This document shows, piece after piece, positions 19,797-28,522 of a stretch of DNA of 64,000 nt. Positions within the stretch are counted from its first letter, which is position 1; each line of letters begins with the position of its first letter. The position numbers and the translations under genes are program-made. Source of the stretch: Thermodesulfobacteriota bacterium (GTDB taxonomy: Bacteria > Desulfobacterota_D > UBA1144 > Nemesobacterales > UBA2774); contig OZ244991.1 in NCBI GenBank assembly GCA_965223335.1, positions 864,001-928,000 on the forward strand. Reading direction: 5' to 3'. Below the pieces are notes generated by a model. It was given only the letters and a program-made list of their open reading frames with translations. It made no database searches and had not been told where the DNA came from.

Positions 19797-19814
19797 TGAG
19801 AACTTTTCTCAATT
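19794..19814. promoter_or_regulatory. Fur-family operator palindrome
   Basis: Perfect 9-3-9 inverted repeat AATTGAGAA-CTT-TTCTCAATT overlapping the -10 and predicted TSS. Confidence 0.8.
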
Positions 19815-19859
19815 AGATTTTTGTGTGTTTACGTTGTCTATCTACGGGAGCTTTTTTCT

Positions 19860-20282
19860 ATGGAAAATCTCGATAGAATAAGGTCTGTTTTCCACAAACG
19901 CGGGTTAAAATGCACCCCTCAGCGCCTTGCCGTGCTCGATGTCCTACTCAACACACAAACACACCTATCTATAAACGAAATCCACTGCCAGGTCAAACAA
20001 GAGCTCCCTGACATGGGGCTTGCAACGGTTTACCGCACACTCGAGATACTGGTCGACCTCGAACTGGCAGCCAAGGTGCACCTGGAGAACGGGTGCCACA
20101 GCTACACAGCCGCAACCGGCGGACATAGACACCCCATACTATGCACCGATTGCAACCGGTTGATCGAGTTTGCAGGATGCCCGATAGACGAGATATCCGA
20201 GAAATTAACAACCGAAACAGGTTTTCTTGTAAATGACCATTTTCTGCAGATATTTGGTAAATGTAAGGAGTGCCAGTCTTAA
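19860..20282 (+). CDS. Fur-family metalloregulator (Fur/Zur/Nur-like)
   Basis: TPQRLAVL, LATVYRTL, HRHPILCTDC, GKCKEC; start reset to ATG 19860. Confidence 0.92.
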   Translation: MENLDRIRSVFHKRGLKCTPQRLAVLDVLLNTQTHLSINEIHCQVKQELPDMGLATVYRTLEILVDLELAAKVHLENGCHSYTAATGGHRHPILCTDCNRLIEFAGCPIDEISEKLTTETGFLVNDHFLQIFGKCKECQS

Positions 20283-20301
20283 GAATTCGTAGAGGCAACA
20301 T

Positions 20302-21015
20302 ATGTCACATATGCACATACCCGATGGAATATTGCCAATCTGGCTTATTATTGTGGGCTGGATACTAACGGCTATTTTACTAGCCATTGCAATTAAGAGG
20401 TGTTCCAACACAGATATAAAACGTAAATTACCCGTTCTGGGTATTGTGTCTGCCTTTATGATTATCAGTATGACATTTGGGATATTACCCATTGCATACC
20501 ACCTCAACCTGTGTGTAATCGCCGGAATATTGCTCGGCCCGTCACTCGCATTCATAGCAGTGTTTATAGTCGTTCTTATCATTTCGATGTTTGGTCACGG
20601 CGGGGTAACTGTGGTCAGCCTAAACGCTCTTGTCCTAGGCAGTGAAGCCGCTGCAGGCTACCTGCTCTTTAGGCTTGGGCTTAGTATATTCGGCAGGGAA
20701 TCCATCGGTCTGTCCGCTGTCATAGCTACGGTATTTGCCATTCTTTTAGGAACTTCTCTTATGTTAACAGTTGTCTACCTGTCGGGGACTAATCCTTATT
20801 ATATTAATAAAAACATCGATGAAGTTACCGAGACCCAACCCGAAGCTGCAGAACCCAAATTTAACACTATCGATATCCCAAGGCTACTGAAAGTAATGTT
20901 TATACCCCTCTCGATAGGAATAATTATCGAGGCGATGATCACAGCAATAATCGCAAAATATATAGCACGAGTAAGGCCCGACCTCATCCTATCCGAGGCA
21001 CCTTTGGAAACGTAA
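20302..21015 (+). CDS. Ni/Co ECF transporter S component (CbiM/NikM family)
   Basis: N-terminal (MSH)MHIPDG, YHLN, GILLGP, GHGG. Confidence 0.88.
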   Translation: MSHMHIPDGILPIWLIIVGWILTAILLAIAIKRCSNTDIKRKLPVLGIVSAFMIISMTFGILPIAYHLNLCVIAGILLGPSLAFIAVFIVVLIISMFGHGGVTVVSLNALVLGSEAAAGYLLFRLGLSIFGRESIGLSAVIATVFAILLGTSLMLTVVYLSGTNPYYINKNIDEVTETQPEAAEPKFNTIDIPRLLKVMFIPLSIGIIIEAMITAIIAKYIARVRPDLILSEAPLET

Positions 21016-21833
21016 TGGATATATTCATCATAGACTACTATGCAAACCACGGCAGGAGCTTCATACACAACGCAGGTGCTTCTTATAAACTCTTGTTCGT
21101 AGCCCTAGTCATCGCGTCTGTGATGATTACAGGTAATCTCTATCTGCTTTTAAGTATCTATCTCACACTTATGGCACTAGCAATATGGACCAGGCTCCCT
21201 GCTCTAAAGATAGCGCTGCTCTCGGGTTACCCCGCCATATTTGCACTGCTCTATGTTATAGCAATTTGGACCGGTAGTTATCTAGATGCAGCAGTAATAA
21301 TGCTAAAAGCACTCTGCTCTTCACTTGCCATGGTCACTGTAATCGTGACTACTCCATACCCCAAAATATTCGATTCAATAAAACCCTTCTTGCCCAACAT
21401 AATAGGAGAAGCGCTTTTCCTTACATATAGAGCAATTTTTATATTGATTAGGCTGGTCAACAACCTTCTTATAGCACTTAGACTCCGCGGGGGCACTAAA
21501 CCCGGGCAGTACTATACAAACACCAAAAACTTCGCATCGGGCTTGGGTCTTTTGCTCGTAAAAGGACTAGAGATATCCGAGAAGATGCATGGAGTAATGC
21601 AGGTACGCGGTTACAGCGGTAGGATATCGAGTAAAAAGAGTCACACCGGTATAACTATCGACGATGTGGGGATATTAATCACTGGGACCCTAATATTGGG
21701 TGTTGTACTCGGATTTAGATACATAACAGGATTTAACAATTATCCAATGTCAGTACTAGCATTATCAGGCCTATTTTTAATAGTCACATTGGGACTTGCA
21801 AACAAAACCACGACAGATCGAGCGAGGTCTTAA
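21015..21833 (+). CDS. ECF transporter T component (CbiQ/NikQ)
   Basis: Multiple TMs, LTYR, RLRG, QVRGY; overlaps the S-component stop. Confidence 0.85.
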   Translation: MDIFIIDYYANHGRSFIHNAGASYKLLFVALVIASVMITGNLYLLLSIYLTLMALAIWTRLPALKIALLSGYPAIFALLYVIAIWTGSYLDAAVIMLKALCSSLAMVTVIVTTPYPKIFDSIKPFLPNIIGEALFLTYRAIFILIRLVNNLLIALRLRGGTKPGQYYTNTKNFASGLGLLLVKGLEISEKMHGVMQVRGYSGRISSKKSHTGITIDDVGILITGTLILGVVLGFRYITGFNNYPMSVLALSGLFLIVTLGLANKTTTDRARS

Positions 21834-21834
21834 A

Positions 21835-22686
21835 TTGGAACCGCAAACCCATATTAGAGTGAGCAACCTTAAGTTCAGATACCCCGACCAAACTGCACTG
21901 TGCTTTGACGGGGTAGATTTTGTGGTCCAAAAAGGCGAGCGCGTTGCAATACTCGGCTCCAATGGCAGCGGTAAGTCCACATTACTATCACTACTCCTAG
22001 GCCTGCATAAGCCCCTAGACGGAGAGCTTAGCGTTCTTGGGACCAATCCCTCGACCGACTTCGACAAAATAAGCAAGAGGATAGGTGCACTGCTCCAAAA
22101 CATCGACATACAGATACTCGCACCTACCGTCATGGACGATATCATGTTCTCTGCCCGCAATTACGGCTATGACGAATCCGAGTTAAAAGACTACGTGCAG
22201 GATCTATTGGTCAAACTAGATATCTCTCATTTAACCGCGAAAATCCCCCACTACCTAAGCGGAGGCGAAAAGACCAAGGTCGCCCTGGCAGGTGCACTCG
22301 TCACAAAACCCGATTTACTGATTTTGGATGAACCTTTTGAGGAGATAGATCCGATTTGTAGGACCGAGATGATTGACCTTCTAAACACAATCAACAAACA
22401 AAACGAAACCACGCTCCTATTCTCAACACACAACATGAACCTTGTCCCTAGGATTGCAGACACTGTTTACCTCATCGCAGCGGGTGGAAAAATAATGAGT
22501 AAAGGCAGTCCTACAGAGATTTTTTCAAAACTAGAAACCCTCGCAGCCTGTCATATAGAGCCCCCGGTGCTGGGAGCGCTATTTACTGAGCTCGCAAAAC
22601 AAGGTGTTGTACTCGATCCGTCGCTTACCGTCACCGAAGCAGCTTGTAAAATAAAAGAGGCAATGCTAGAATCTAACAAAAAGTAA
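21835..22686 (+). CDS. ECF transporter ATPase (CbiO/NikO)
   Basis: GSNGSGKST, LSGGEK, LILDEP, STH; probable TTG start at 21835 behind gaggt. Confidence 0.9.
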   Translation: MEPQTHIRVSNLKFRYPDQTALCFDGVDFVVQKGERVAILGSNGSGKSTLLSLLLGLHKPLDGELSVLGTNPSTDFDKISKRIGALLQNIDIQILAPTVMDDIMFSARNYGYDESELKDYVQDLLVKLDISHLTAKIPHYLSGGEKTKVALAGALVTKPDLLILDEPFEEIDPICRTEMIDLLNTINKQNETTLLFSTHNMNLVPRIADTVYLIAAGGKIMSKGSPTEIFSKLETLAACHIEPPVLGALFTELAKQGVVLDPSLTVTEAACKIKEAMLESNKK

Positions 22687-22696
22687 CTGTAAGACT

Positions 22697-23032
22697 ATGA
22701 ACCAGAGACACAAGACAAACCGGATTGCTCGCACTCTCTTATTGCTCTCGTTTTCAGCGCTATTCTTGTGCGCACTAAGCATCCATAACCACGCAGCCGA
22801 TCTCGGTTCACACCCTACCTCTTCAATCGAAAATTCTCACTCAGATAACAATCATTCCCTATCTATATGTTCGGCCTGCAGTTTTAACAACAACTTACTT
22901 GATTACACAGATTCCAATCTGTCGGAAATAACACGATTTGAAACAACATATACCTTTTTCAAATCCGATGTGTTAGTTCCATCCTCATTTTTACAACTAA
23001 ACAAACCTTCCCGTTCACCCCCGCTGGTTTAA
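22697..23032 (+). CDS. DUF2946-like His/Cys-rich leader protein with C-terminal RSPP arrest-type motif
   Basis: Signal-like N terminus, HNH plus further His, CSAC, ends KPSRSPPLV; directly upstream of an outer-membrane metal channel. Confidence 0.75.
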   Translation: MNQRHKTNRIARTLLLLSFSALFLCALSIHNHAADLGSHPTSSIENSHSDNNHSLSICSACSFNNNLLDYTDSNLSEITRFETTYTFFKSDVLVPSSFLQLNKPSRSPPLV

Positions 23033-23103
23033 ACACTTAACCGCATCATTATTGGTTAGTTACTAGGTTTAAAACCAGAAAATTATGTATATTCGGAGGT
23101 GAG
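23014..23103 (+). promoter_or_regulatory. RBS-sequestering mRNA hairpin linking the uORF end to the downstream gene
   Basis: ttcacccccg (23014-23023) pairs with cggaggtgag (23094-23103); nested ctggtttaaac/gtttaaaaccag and acttaacc/ggttagt. Confidence 0.7.
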
Positions 23104-23105
23104 TT

Positions 23106-24512
23106 ATGCATTATTATGCGTTTCGCGTTCCAGTTTTATTCTTAATCATAGTTGTATTTGTACTCCCGTTCTATCCGAGCCTCGCAGAGGAGCAAAATAA
23201 CATTAAACAAGAGATTAAAGAGCTTCGTCAGATGATGGAAAAGATGCAGGGCAGGATCGATGAGCTCGAGGAAAAAAACCGTGTTTTAGAACAAGAGGCA
23301 GCAGAGGAAAAGGAGACTGAGCAAAAGGAAATTATGGCTGAGCAGCCCCAGATAGAAGAAGAGCTCGATCTCGAAATCCCTGAAACCGGAACCCAGTCAG
23401 GCTCCGGTCTCACAAGGGCTTTCCAGTCACTTAATCCCGAGATAAGTGTAATAGGTATATTCTCCGCGGCATGGTTCTCAGAAGACAATCCATTTGTATT
23501 TGCTGAAATAGATCCTCAAAACACGGGTGTTAATATACAGGAGATTGAGTTTGCTTTTGGCGCCGCTGTTGACCCATACTTCAGATTCGATAGCTATTTC
23601 GTACTCACTGAGGAGGGAATTGAGCTTGAGGAAACATACGCTACTACCCTACTCAGTCTACCACTCAACTCTCAGTTCCGTGTGGGTAAAGCGCGGGCCA
23701 AGTTTGGGCGTATCAATCAGCTCCACCGCCACTCCCAGAACTTTGTCACATTGCCACTCGTCGCAGCCCAGTTCCTGGGTGAGCACCTTAACCCCACCAG
23801 CATCGAGGCCAATTTTTTGCTGCCAGTACCTTGGTTCATGGAGCTAAGCGCATCTGGGGGTAGCCCCGAAGTAGAGACACCAACATTTGCAAGGGATGAA
23901 GATGCGAATAACCTTGCACGACTTCTATATATATTTCATGTCGCGAATTTCTTTGAACTCTCAGAATCATTTGGAGTTAGTCTAGGCGGATCATTTGCCA
24001 CTGGGTCAAACGGCACAGCCCCTGGCGAGAGATCGAACCTCTACGGTGTAGACCTTTTTGCTAAGTATAGACCCCTTAGAAATAACCCTTACCAAGAGGT
24101 CATGGTACAGTCCGAGTTTATGTACCGCGATGCCGAGACCCCAGATGAGAACCTAAAAGACTGGGGTTTCTATGCCCAACTTATATACAGATTTGCAAAG
24201 AGGTGGAACGTGGGTGTTAGGTATGGCATGACTGACACAGACACCCCAGTCCAAGAAGAGGAAGAACTGGAAATAGAGCCTGAAGGGGTGCTGAGTGTAG
24301 CAAGGAATGAAGAAGGGGAGGAAGAGGAAGAGATGCTAGGACTATTGGGAAGGGCTTACCGCATCTCCCCAATGCTAACTTTCAATCCCACTGAGTATTC
24401 TCGTATACGTTTACAGTACGATTATCTCAATCAGAACTACGATGCTAATCAGCACGCTCTTTACCTCCAGTTCCAGTACTCGATCGGGGCACACGGGTCC
24501 CACCCATTTTAG
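23106..24512 (+). CDS. Outer-membrane beta-barrel metal channel (family often annotated as zinc-regulated receptor)
   Basis: Signal peptide, coiled coil, NPEISVIG, AVDPYF, FGRINQLHRH, C-terminal GAHGSHPF. Confidence 0.75.
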   Translation: MHYYAFRVPVLFLIIVVFVLPFYPSLAEEQNNIKQEIKELRQMMEKMQGRIDELEEKNRVLEQEAAEEKETEQKEIMAEQPQIEEELDLEIPETGTQSGSGLTRAFQSLNPEISVIGIFSAAWFSEDNPFVFAEIDPQNTGVNIQEIEFAFGAAVDPYFRFDSYFVLTEEGIELEETYATTLLSLPLNSQFRVGKARAKFGRINQLHRHSQNFVTLPLVAAQFLGEHLNPTSIEANFLLPVPWFMELSASGGSPEVETPTFARDEDANNLARLLYIFHVANFFELSESFGVSLGGSFATGSNGTAPGERSNLYGVDLFAKYRPLRNNPYQEVMVQSEFMYRDAETPDENLKDWGFYAQLIYRFAKRWNVGVRYGMTDTDTPVQEEEELEIEPEGVLSVARNEEGEEEEEMLGLLGRAYRISPMLTFNPTEYSRIRLQYDYLNQNYDANQHALYLQFQYSIGAHGSHPF

Positions 24513-24532
24513 TTTGTACAAGGAGACAAATA

Positions 24533-25516
24533 ATGAAACTGTATAATATAAATCAATTTTTCGTGTTATTAATAGTTCTTGCAGCAAGTACAGTGCTCTT
24601 ACCGCCAAGCACTGCTTCTGCAAAGTTACGAGTAGTAACCACTACCCCCGACTTCGCAGCCATAGCTGAGGAAATAGGGGGAGATAGAATTCTGGTAGAG
24701 AGTCTTTCCAAAGGCTACCAAGACCCCCATTTTGTAGATGCGAAACCCAACTTTATATTGAAACTAAACAAAGCCGACCTTATGATCTACAACGGGCTTG
24801 GGCTCGAGGTAGGCTGGCTCCCTACACTTTTAACAGGATCTAGGAACTCCAAGATCGCCCAAACCGGTGCACTTGGGAACCTTGACGCCTCGACGCTGAT
24901 ACCCAATCTGCTAGAGATACCTGCTACACAGATAGATCGGTCTATGGGTGACATTCACCCAGGTGGGAACCCCCACTATATGCTCGACCCTAGAAACGCT
25001 CTGCCTGTAGCGCACGGGATTGCATCCAGGCTTGCACAGATAGACCCCGAAGGTAAAGAACTTTACCAAGCAAACTACACTCGGTTCGTAAAGGAATTGA
25101 AACTGAAGATTAACGAGTGGCAGCAGCAGCTTGAACCTTATAAAGGCTCAAATGTCGTGACCTATCACAAGCTCTGGGCCTATTTCACCGATTGGGCTGA
25201 GTTAAAAGAGATAGGATTCATAGAACCCAAGCCTGGTATCCCGCCCTCTGCTTCACATGTGAGTAGACTGATAAAAGTAATTGAACAGAGCAACGTAGGG
25301 TTGATCCTAGCCGCCAACTACTATCCCGAGAAAACTCCCAGGATTATAGCTGAGAAGACTGGTGCAGTTTTCCTCGCGCTCCCAGTAATGGTCGGGGGAC
25401 GTGATGGTATCAACACATATACGGAGCTATTTGATACTATTGTGGACGAGATAGCGTCCTCCGGTATCAATCCCACCGAGGCAATAGACTCCAAAGGGTC
25501 GGAGAGTACAAAATGA
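24533..25516 (+). CDS. Metal ABC transporter substrate-binding protein (ZnuA/TroA cluster A-I)
   Basis: QDPHF, GLEVGWL, GNPHY, TYH, EPKPGIPPS. Confidence 0.9.
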   Translation: MKLYNINQFFVLLIVLAASTVLLPPSTASAKLRVVTTTPDFAAIAEEIGGDRILVESLSKGYQDPHFVDAKPNFILKLNKADLMIYNGLGLEVGWLPTLLTGSRNSKIAQTGALGNLDASTLIPNLLEIPATQIDRSMGDIHPGGNPHYMLDPRNALPVAHGIASRLAQIDPEGKELYQANYTRFVKELKLKINEWQQQLEPYKGSNVVTYHKLWAYFTDWAELKEIGFIEPKPGIPPSASHVSRLIKVIEQSNVGLILAANYYPEKTPRIIAEKTGAVFLALPVMVGGRDGINTYTELFDTIVDEIASSGINPTEAIDSKGSESTK

Positions 25517-25561
25517 GTGACAATTTACCAATAACAATGGTGAGCTCGAGACGGTGATCAT

Positions 25562-26284
25562 ATGGCAAACCTGATTGAACTCGAGAGTCTCTCAATCGGC
25601 TATGACCGCAAATTACTAACTGAACCTATTAATCTTGAGATAGGTCGCGGGGAGTTCTGGGGCATTATAGGCCCTAACGGCGGGGGTAAGAGCACATTGC
25701 TTCGTACCGTAACCGGACTCTTGCCTCCCCTAGGCGGCTGTATCCGACTCGATAACAATACGGTTTTCGGATACCTGCCCCAGCACGAGAAACTCGATAG
25801 CTTTTTTCCTGTTTCTGTCCGAGAGATCGCATCCATGGGCGCATATAGCAAGATCGGCCCAGGAAAAAAACTAACCCCGGCCGACACAAAACGGGTTAAT
25901 CAAGTGCTCGGGCTTGTTGGGGTATCAGACCTCGGCTCAAGACCGTTTCGATCACTCTCGGGTGGCGAGAAACAGCGCACACTGCTTGCACGCGCCCTAT
26001 GCGGTGAGCCTGATGTTTTGGTTCTCGACGAGCCTACTGCTTCGGTCGATCTAAAAGGTGAACAGGAAATCATGGACCTTATAAAGACTCTAAACAGCGA
26101 AAAAAAGATTGCGATCCTGATGGTAAGCCACTTTGTAAACACAATTCGAGAATATACCGACAAAACAATTTTTATAAACATCCACAACGACAAATTTATC
26201 TCGGGCAACACAGTCGAGGTATTAAACAATCAAAGTATAAAGGGAGATTTCGGTATAGATCAGGATAAACCGATATCAAATTAA
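25562..26284 (+). CDS. Metal ABC transporter ATPase (ZnuC-like)
   Basis: GPNGGGKST, YLPQ, LSGGEKQR, LDEP, VSH. Confidence 0.9.
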   Translation: MANLIELESLSIGYDRKLLTEPINLEIGRGEFWGIIGPNGGGKSTLLRTVTGLLPPLGGCIRLDNNTVFGYLPQHEKLDSFFPVSVREIASMGAYSKIGPGKKLTPADTKRVNQVLGLVGVSDLGSRPFRSLSGGEKQRTLLARALCGEPDVLVLDEPTASVDLKGEQEIMDLIKTLNSEKKIAILMVSHFVNTIREYTDKTIFINIHNDKFISGNTVEVLNNQSIKGDFGIDQDKPISN

Positions 26285-26299
26285 ACTAAGGATGAGTAC

Positions 26300-27154
26300 G
26301 TGGATATTTTAAGCGAGTTTCTAAGCAGCCATTTTCTGTGGCGCGACCCGATGATAGTGGGCGCGTTTACGGGTGCCGTGTGCGGTTTCCTGGGCGTTTA
26401 TGTTGTGCTCAGACGGATTATTTTCTTCAGTGCCGCCCTCACTCAGGTTTCAAGTGTAGGTGTTGCACTCGCATTCCTGCTAGAGGCCTACAGTGTTGGT
26501 GTACTTGCCGCTTTACTGCACCCCTTTACACTATCCCTACTTGTTACATGTTTTATAGCAACACTGTTTGCCCTTAAACCCCAGCACTCGCGCATAAGCC
26601 AAGAGGGGATAATAGGGTTCATATTCCTCGTCGCATCCGCATTAGTTGTAATACTGGGTGACAGGATCTCAAAAGGCTCGCACGACATTGCCAATATTCT
26701 ATTTGGTAACGCAGTGGTAGTAGACCCCTCGGATGTACTGGTAGTCCCGATAGTAGCTTTACTGGTGTTTGCTATACATTGGATATTTCATAAGGATTTT
26801 GTCTTTGTGTCCTTCGATACCGAGACCGCCAGGCTCTATCGATACCCTGTGAGGAGACTAAATATATTACTCCTCATCACTATTGCTGTGATAGTCGCTG
26901 TATCGACAAGGGCGCTCGGCGCATTACCCGTATTTGCACTCCTCACTCTCCCCCCACTTAGCTCGCTGTTACTTTCCGAACGCATGCTTATGGTGTTTAC
27001 ACTCTCGATAGTTTTCGGCATCTTATCGGCTGTACTCGGCTACTTTTTTTCGTTCGTTCTATCCATCCCGACAGGTGCGTCCATGGCCATGTGCGCAGCG
27101 CTCATATTCATTGTTTCTCTGGGATGGAGGGAAATTGGAGGCAATTACACATGA
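26300..27154 (+). CDS. Metal ABC transporter permease (ZnuB-like)
   Basis: LGVYVVLRR, ILFG, SFD, PTGA; GTG start. Confidence 0.9.
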   Translation: MDILSEFLSSHFLWRDPMIVGAFTGAVCGFLGVYVVLRRIIFFSAALTQVSSVGVALAFLLEAYSVGVLAALLHPFTLSLLVTCFIATLFALKPQHSRISQEGIIGFIFLVASALVVILGDRISKGSHDIANILFGNAVVVDPSDVLVVPIVALLVFAIHWIFHKDFVFVSFDTETARLYRYPVRRLNILLLITIAVIVAVSTRALGALPVFALLTLPPLSSLLLSERMLMVFTLSIVFGILSAVLGYFFSFVLSIPTGASMAMCAALIFIVSLGWREIGGNYT

Positions 27155-27561
27155 TGATATATAAAACCCTTAACATATTAATTGTTCCAATTTTACTCGC
27201 AGGTTGCAGTAATTACAGTCAATTGGATGACAAACTCAGTATTCTCAAAACCACAACTTTTAACTGCGAGGTACTAAAAGTAGATAGTGCCACTAGGTTC
27301 TTGTGTACACCGCCAAGTAAACAGGTAGAAAAAGTTAGGTTGCGTAACATTGAGATCATCGAGGGGAAAGAGCAGGATGCTCTTAATTATACAAAGTCAG
27401 TACTACGCAGGGGAACAGTTGTAAAAATAGAGTCGACCGGTCAGGGAAGGGACAAAGAAGGTTATATAATCGGCAACGTTTACATGTACGGACAGAAAAA
27501 GTTAAACCTATTACTGATTCAAGAGGGATATGCTCGCGAACAATTAGAGGACAAGAACTAA
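27151..27561 (+). CDS. Thermonuclease (SNase)-fold lipoprotein, catalytically degenerate
   Basis: Start reset to 27151 (ATGA overlap with permease); lipobox LLAGC; KVRL, RDKEG, LNLLLIQEGYA. Confidence 0.65.
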   Translation: MMIYKTLNILIVPILLAGCSNYSQLDDKLSILKTTTFNCEVLKVDSATRFLCTPPSKQVEKVRLRNIEIIEGKEQDALNYTKSVLRRGTVVKIESTGQGRDKEGYIIGNVYMYGQKKLNLLLIQEGYAREQLEDKN

Positions 27562-27578
27562 ATCACGCAGTCGAGAAA

Positions 27579-27839
27579 CTATAATAGATCTTTAAGCAAA
27601 ATAGACTCGTCTATTAGTAATATTGGGATTTCATCGCGGATTGGATATAGTCGATTCTTAGAATCTTTGGGTATAAGTCCGCCCTGGATTTTCTCGGTCA
27701 CCGGTTGTTTGGTCTTGTTCATGACACTGCCATTTTCTATCAAGCCGTTTATCTTCTCTACAAGCCCCGCATCAGCCAAAATCAAATCTTCCTTGGTCTC
27801 GGGGCACATCAGTATCTCTAAAAGCTTTTCATCAATCAT
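27579..27839 (-). CDS. Trm112-like protein
   Basis: Start reset to ATG 27839; LLEILMCP, YPIRDEIPILL. Confidence 0.8.
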   Translation of the reverse strand: MIDEKLLEILMCPETKEDLILADAGLVEKINGLIENGSVMNKTKQPVTEKIQGGLIPKDSKNRLYPIRDEIPILLIDESILLKDLL

Positions 27840-27941
27840 CTTTTCGTATCCTTGTAGGTTGATCAAAAATTCAGATGTAAGTTCCGTGCATTGTGTTAAA
27901 TTAATATAACAAATATTCATTTTTTTGGGGAGGGTACAATA

Positions 27942-28418
27942 ATGAGAACATTGATAACCGCAGTATTAATTCTGTCTATAATGATACTATCGGCAAATAT
28001 TTCATATGCACACTGCCAGATACCATGCGGCATATATCACGACGAACTGCGCTTTGAGATGATTCTGGAAGACATCCAGACCATAGAGAAATCTATGAAC
28101 CAGATAACCGAACTATCTGGGGCCGAGGACAAAAACTATAACCAGCTCGTAAGATGGGTTAATAACAAAGAACTACACGCTCAAAAGATACAAGACACGA
28201 TAAGCGAATACTTCCTTGCCCAGCGCGTAAAGCCCACACCCCAAGACGACCCTAAATACGGGGACTATGTAAAGAGCCTTGAACTCCTCCACCAGATGAT
28301 TGTATACGCCATGAAAACAAAACAGTCCATAGACCCAGAGAATGTAGCAAAGCTAAAAAACGCTGCTACAGCATATAAGGAGCTTTATTTCAAAATGCAC
28401 GGCGATAAGCATAAATAA
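27942..28418 (+). CDS. sodN: Nickel superoxide dismutase with Sec signal peptide
   Basis: Ni-hook HCQIPCGIY directly after an SYA cleavage site; NQLVRWV, KELHA, YFLAQR. Confidence 0.9.
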   Translation: MRTLITAVLILSIMILSANISYAHCQIPCGIYHDELRFEMILEDIQTIEKSMNQITELSGAEDKNYNQLVRWVNNKELHAQKIQDTISEYFLAQRVKPTPQDDPKYGDYVKSLELLHQMIVYAMKTKQSIDPENVAKLKNAATAYKELYFKMHGDKHK

Positions 28419-28522
28419 TTGCAATTAAGACTTATCCAAGGATTAAACAGTAAGCTGTTTACAAATATGAAAGTTGTGAGATAATTATAGCCCTACTATT
28501 TTTTACGGTTTTGGAGGTAGAT

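Noticed and set aside
25513..25557. 14-codon ORF overlapping the SBP stop as a possible second leader peptide
   Set aside because: No metal ligands or arrest motif and out of frame with the ATPase; at most a coupling spacer
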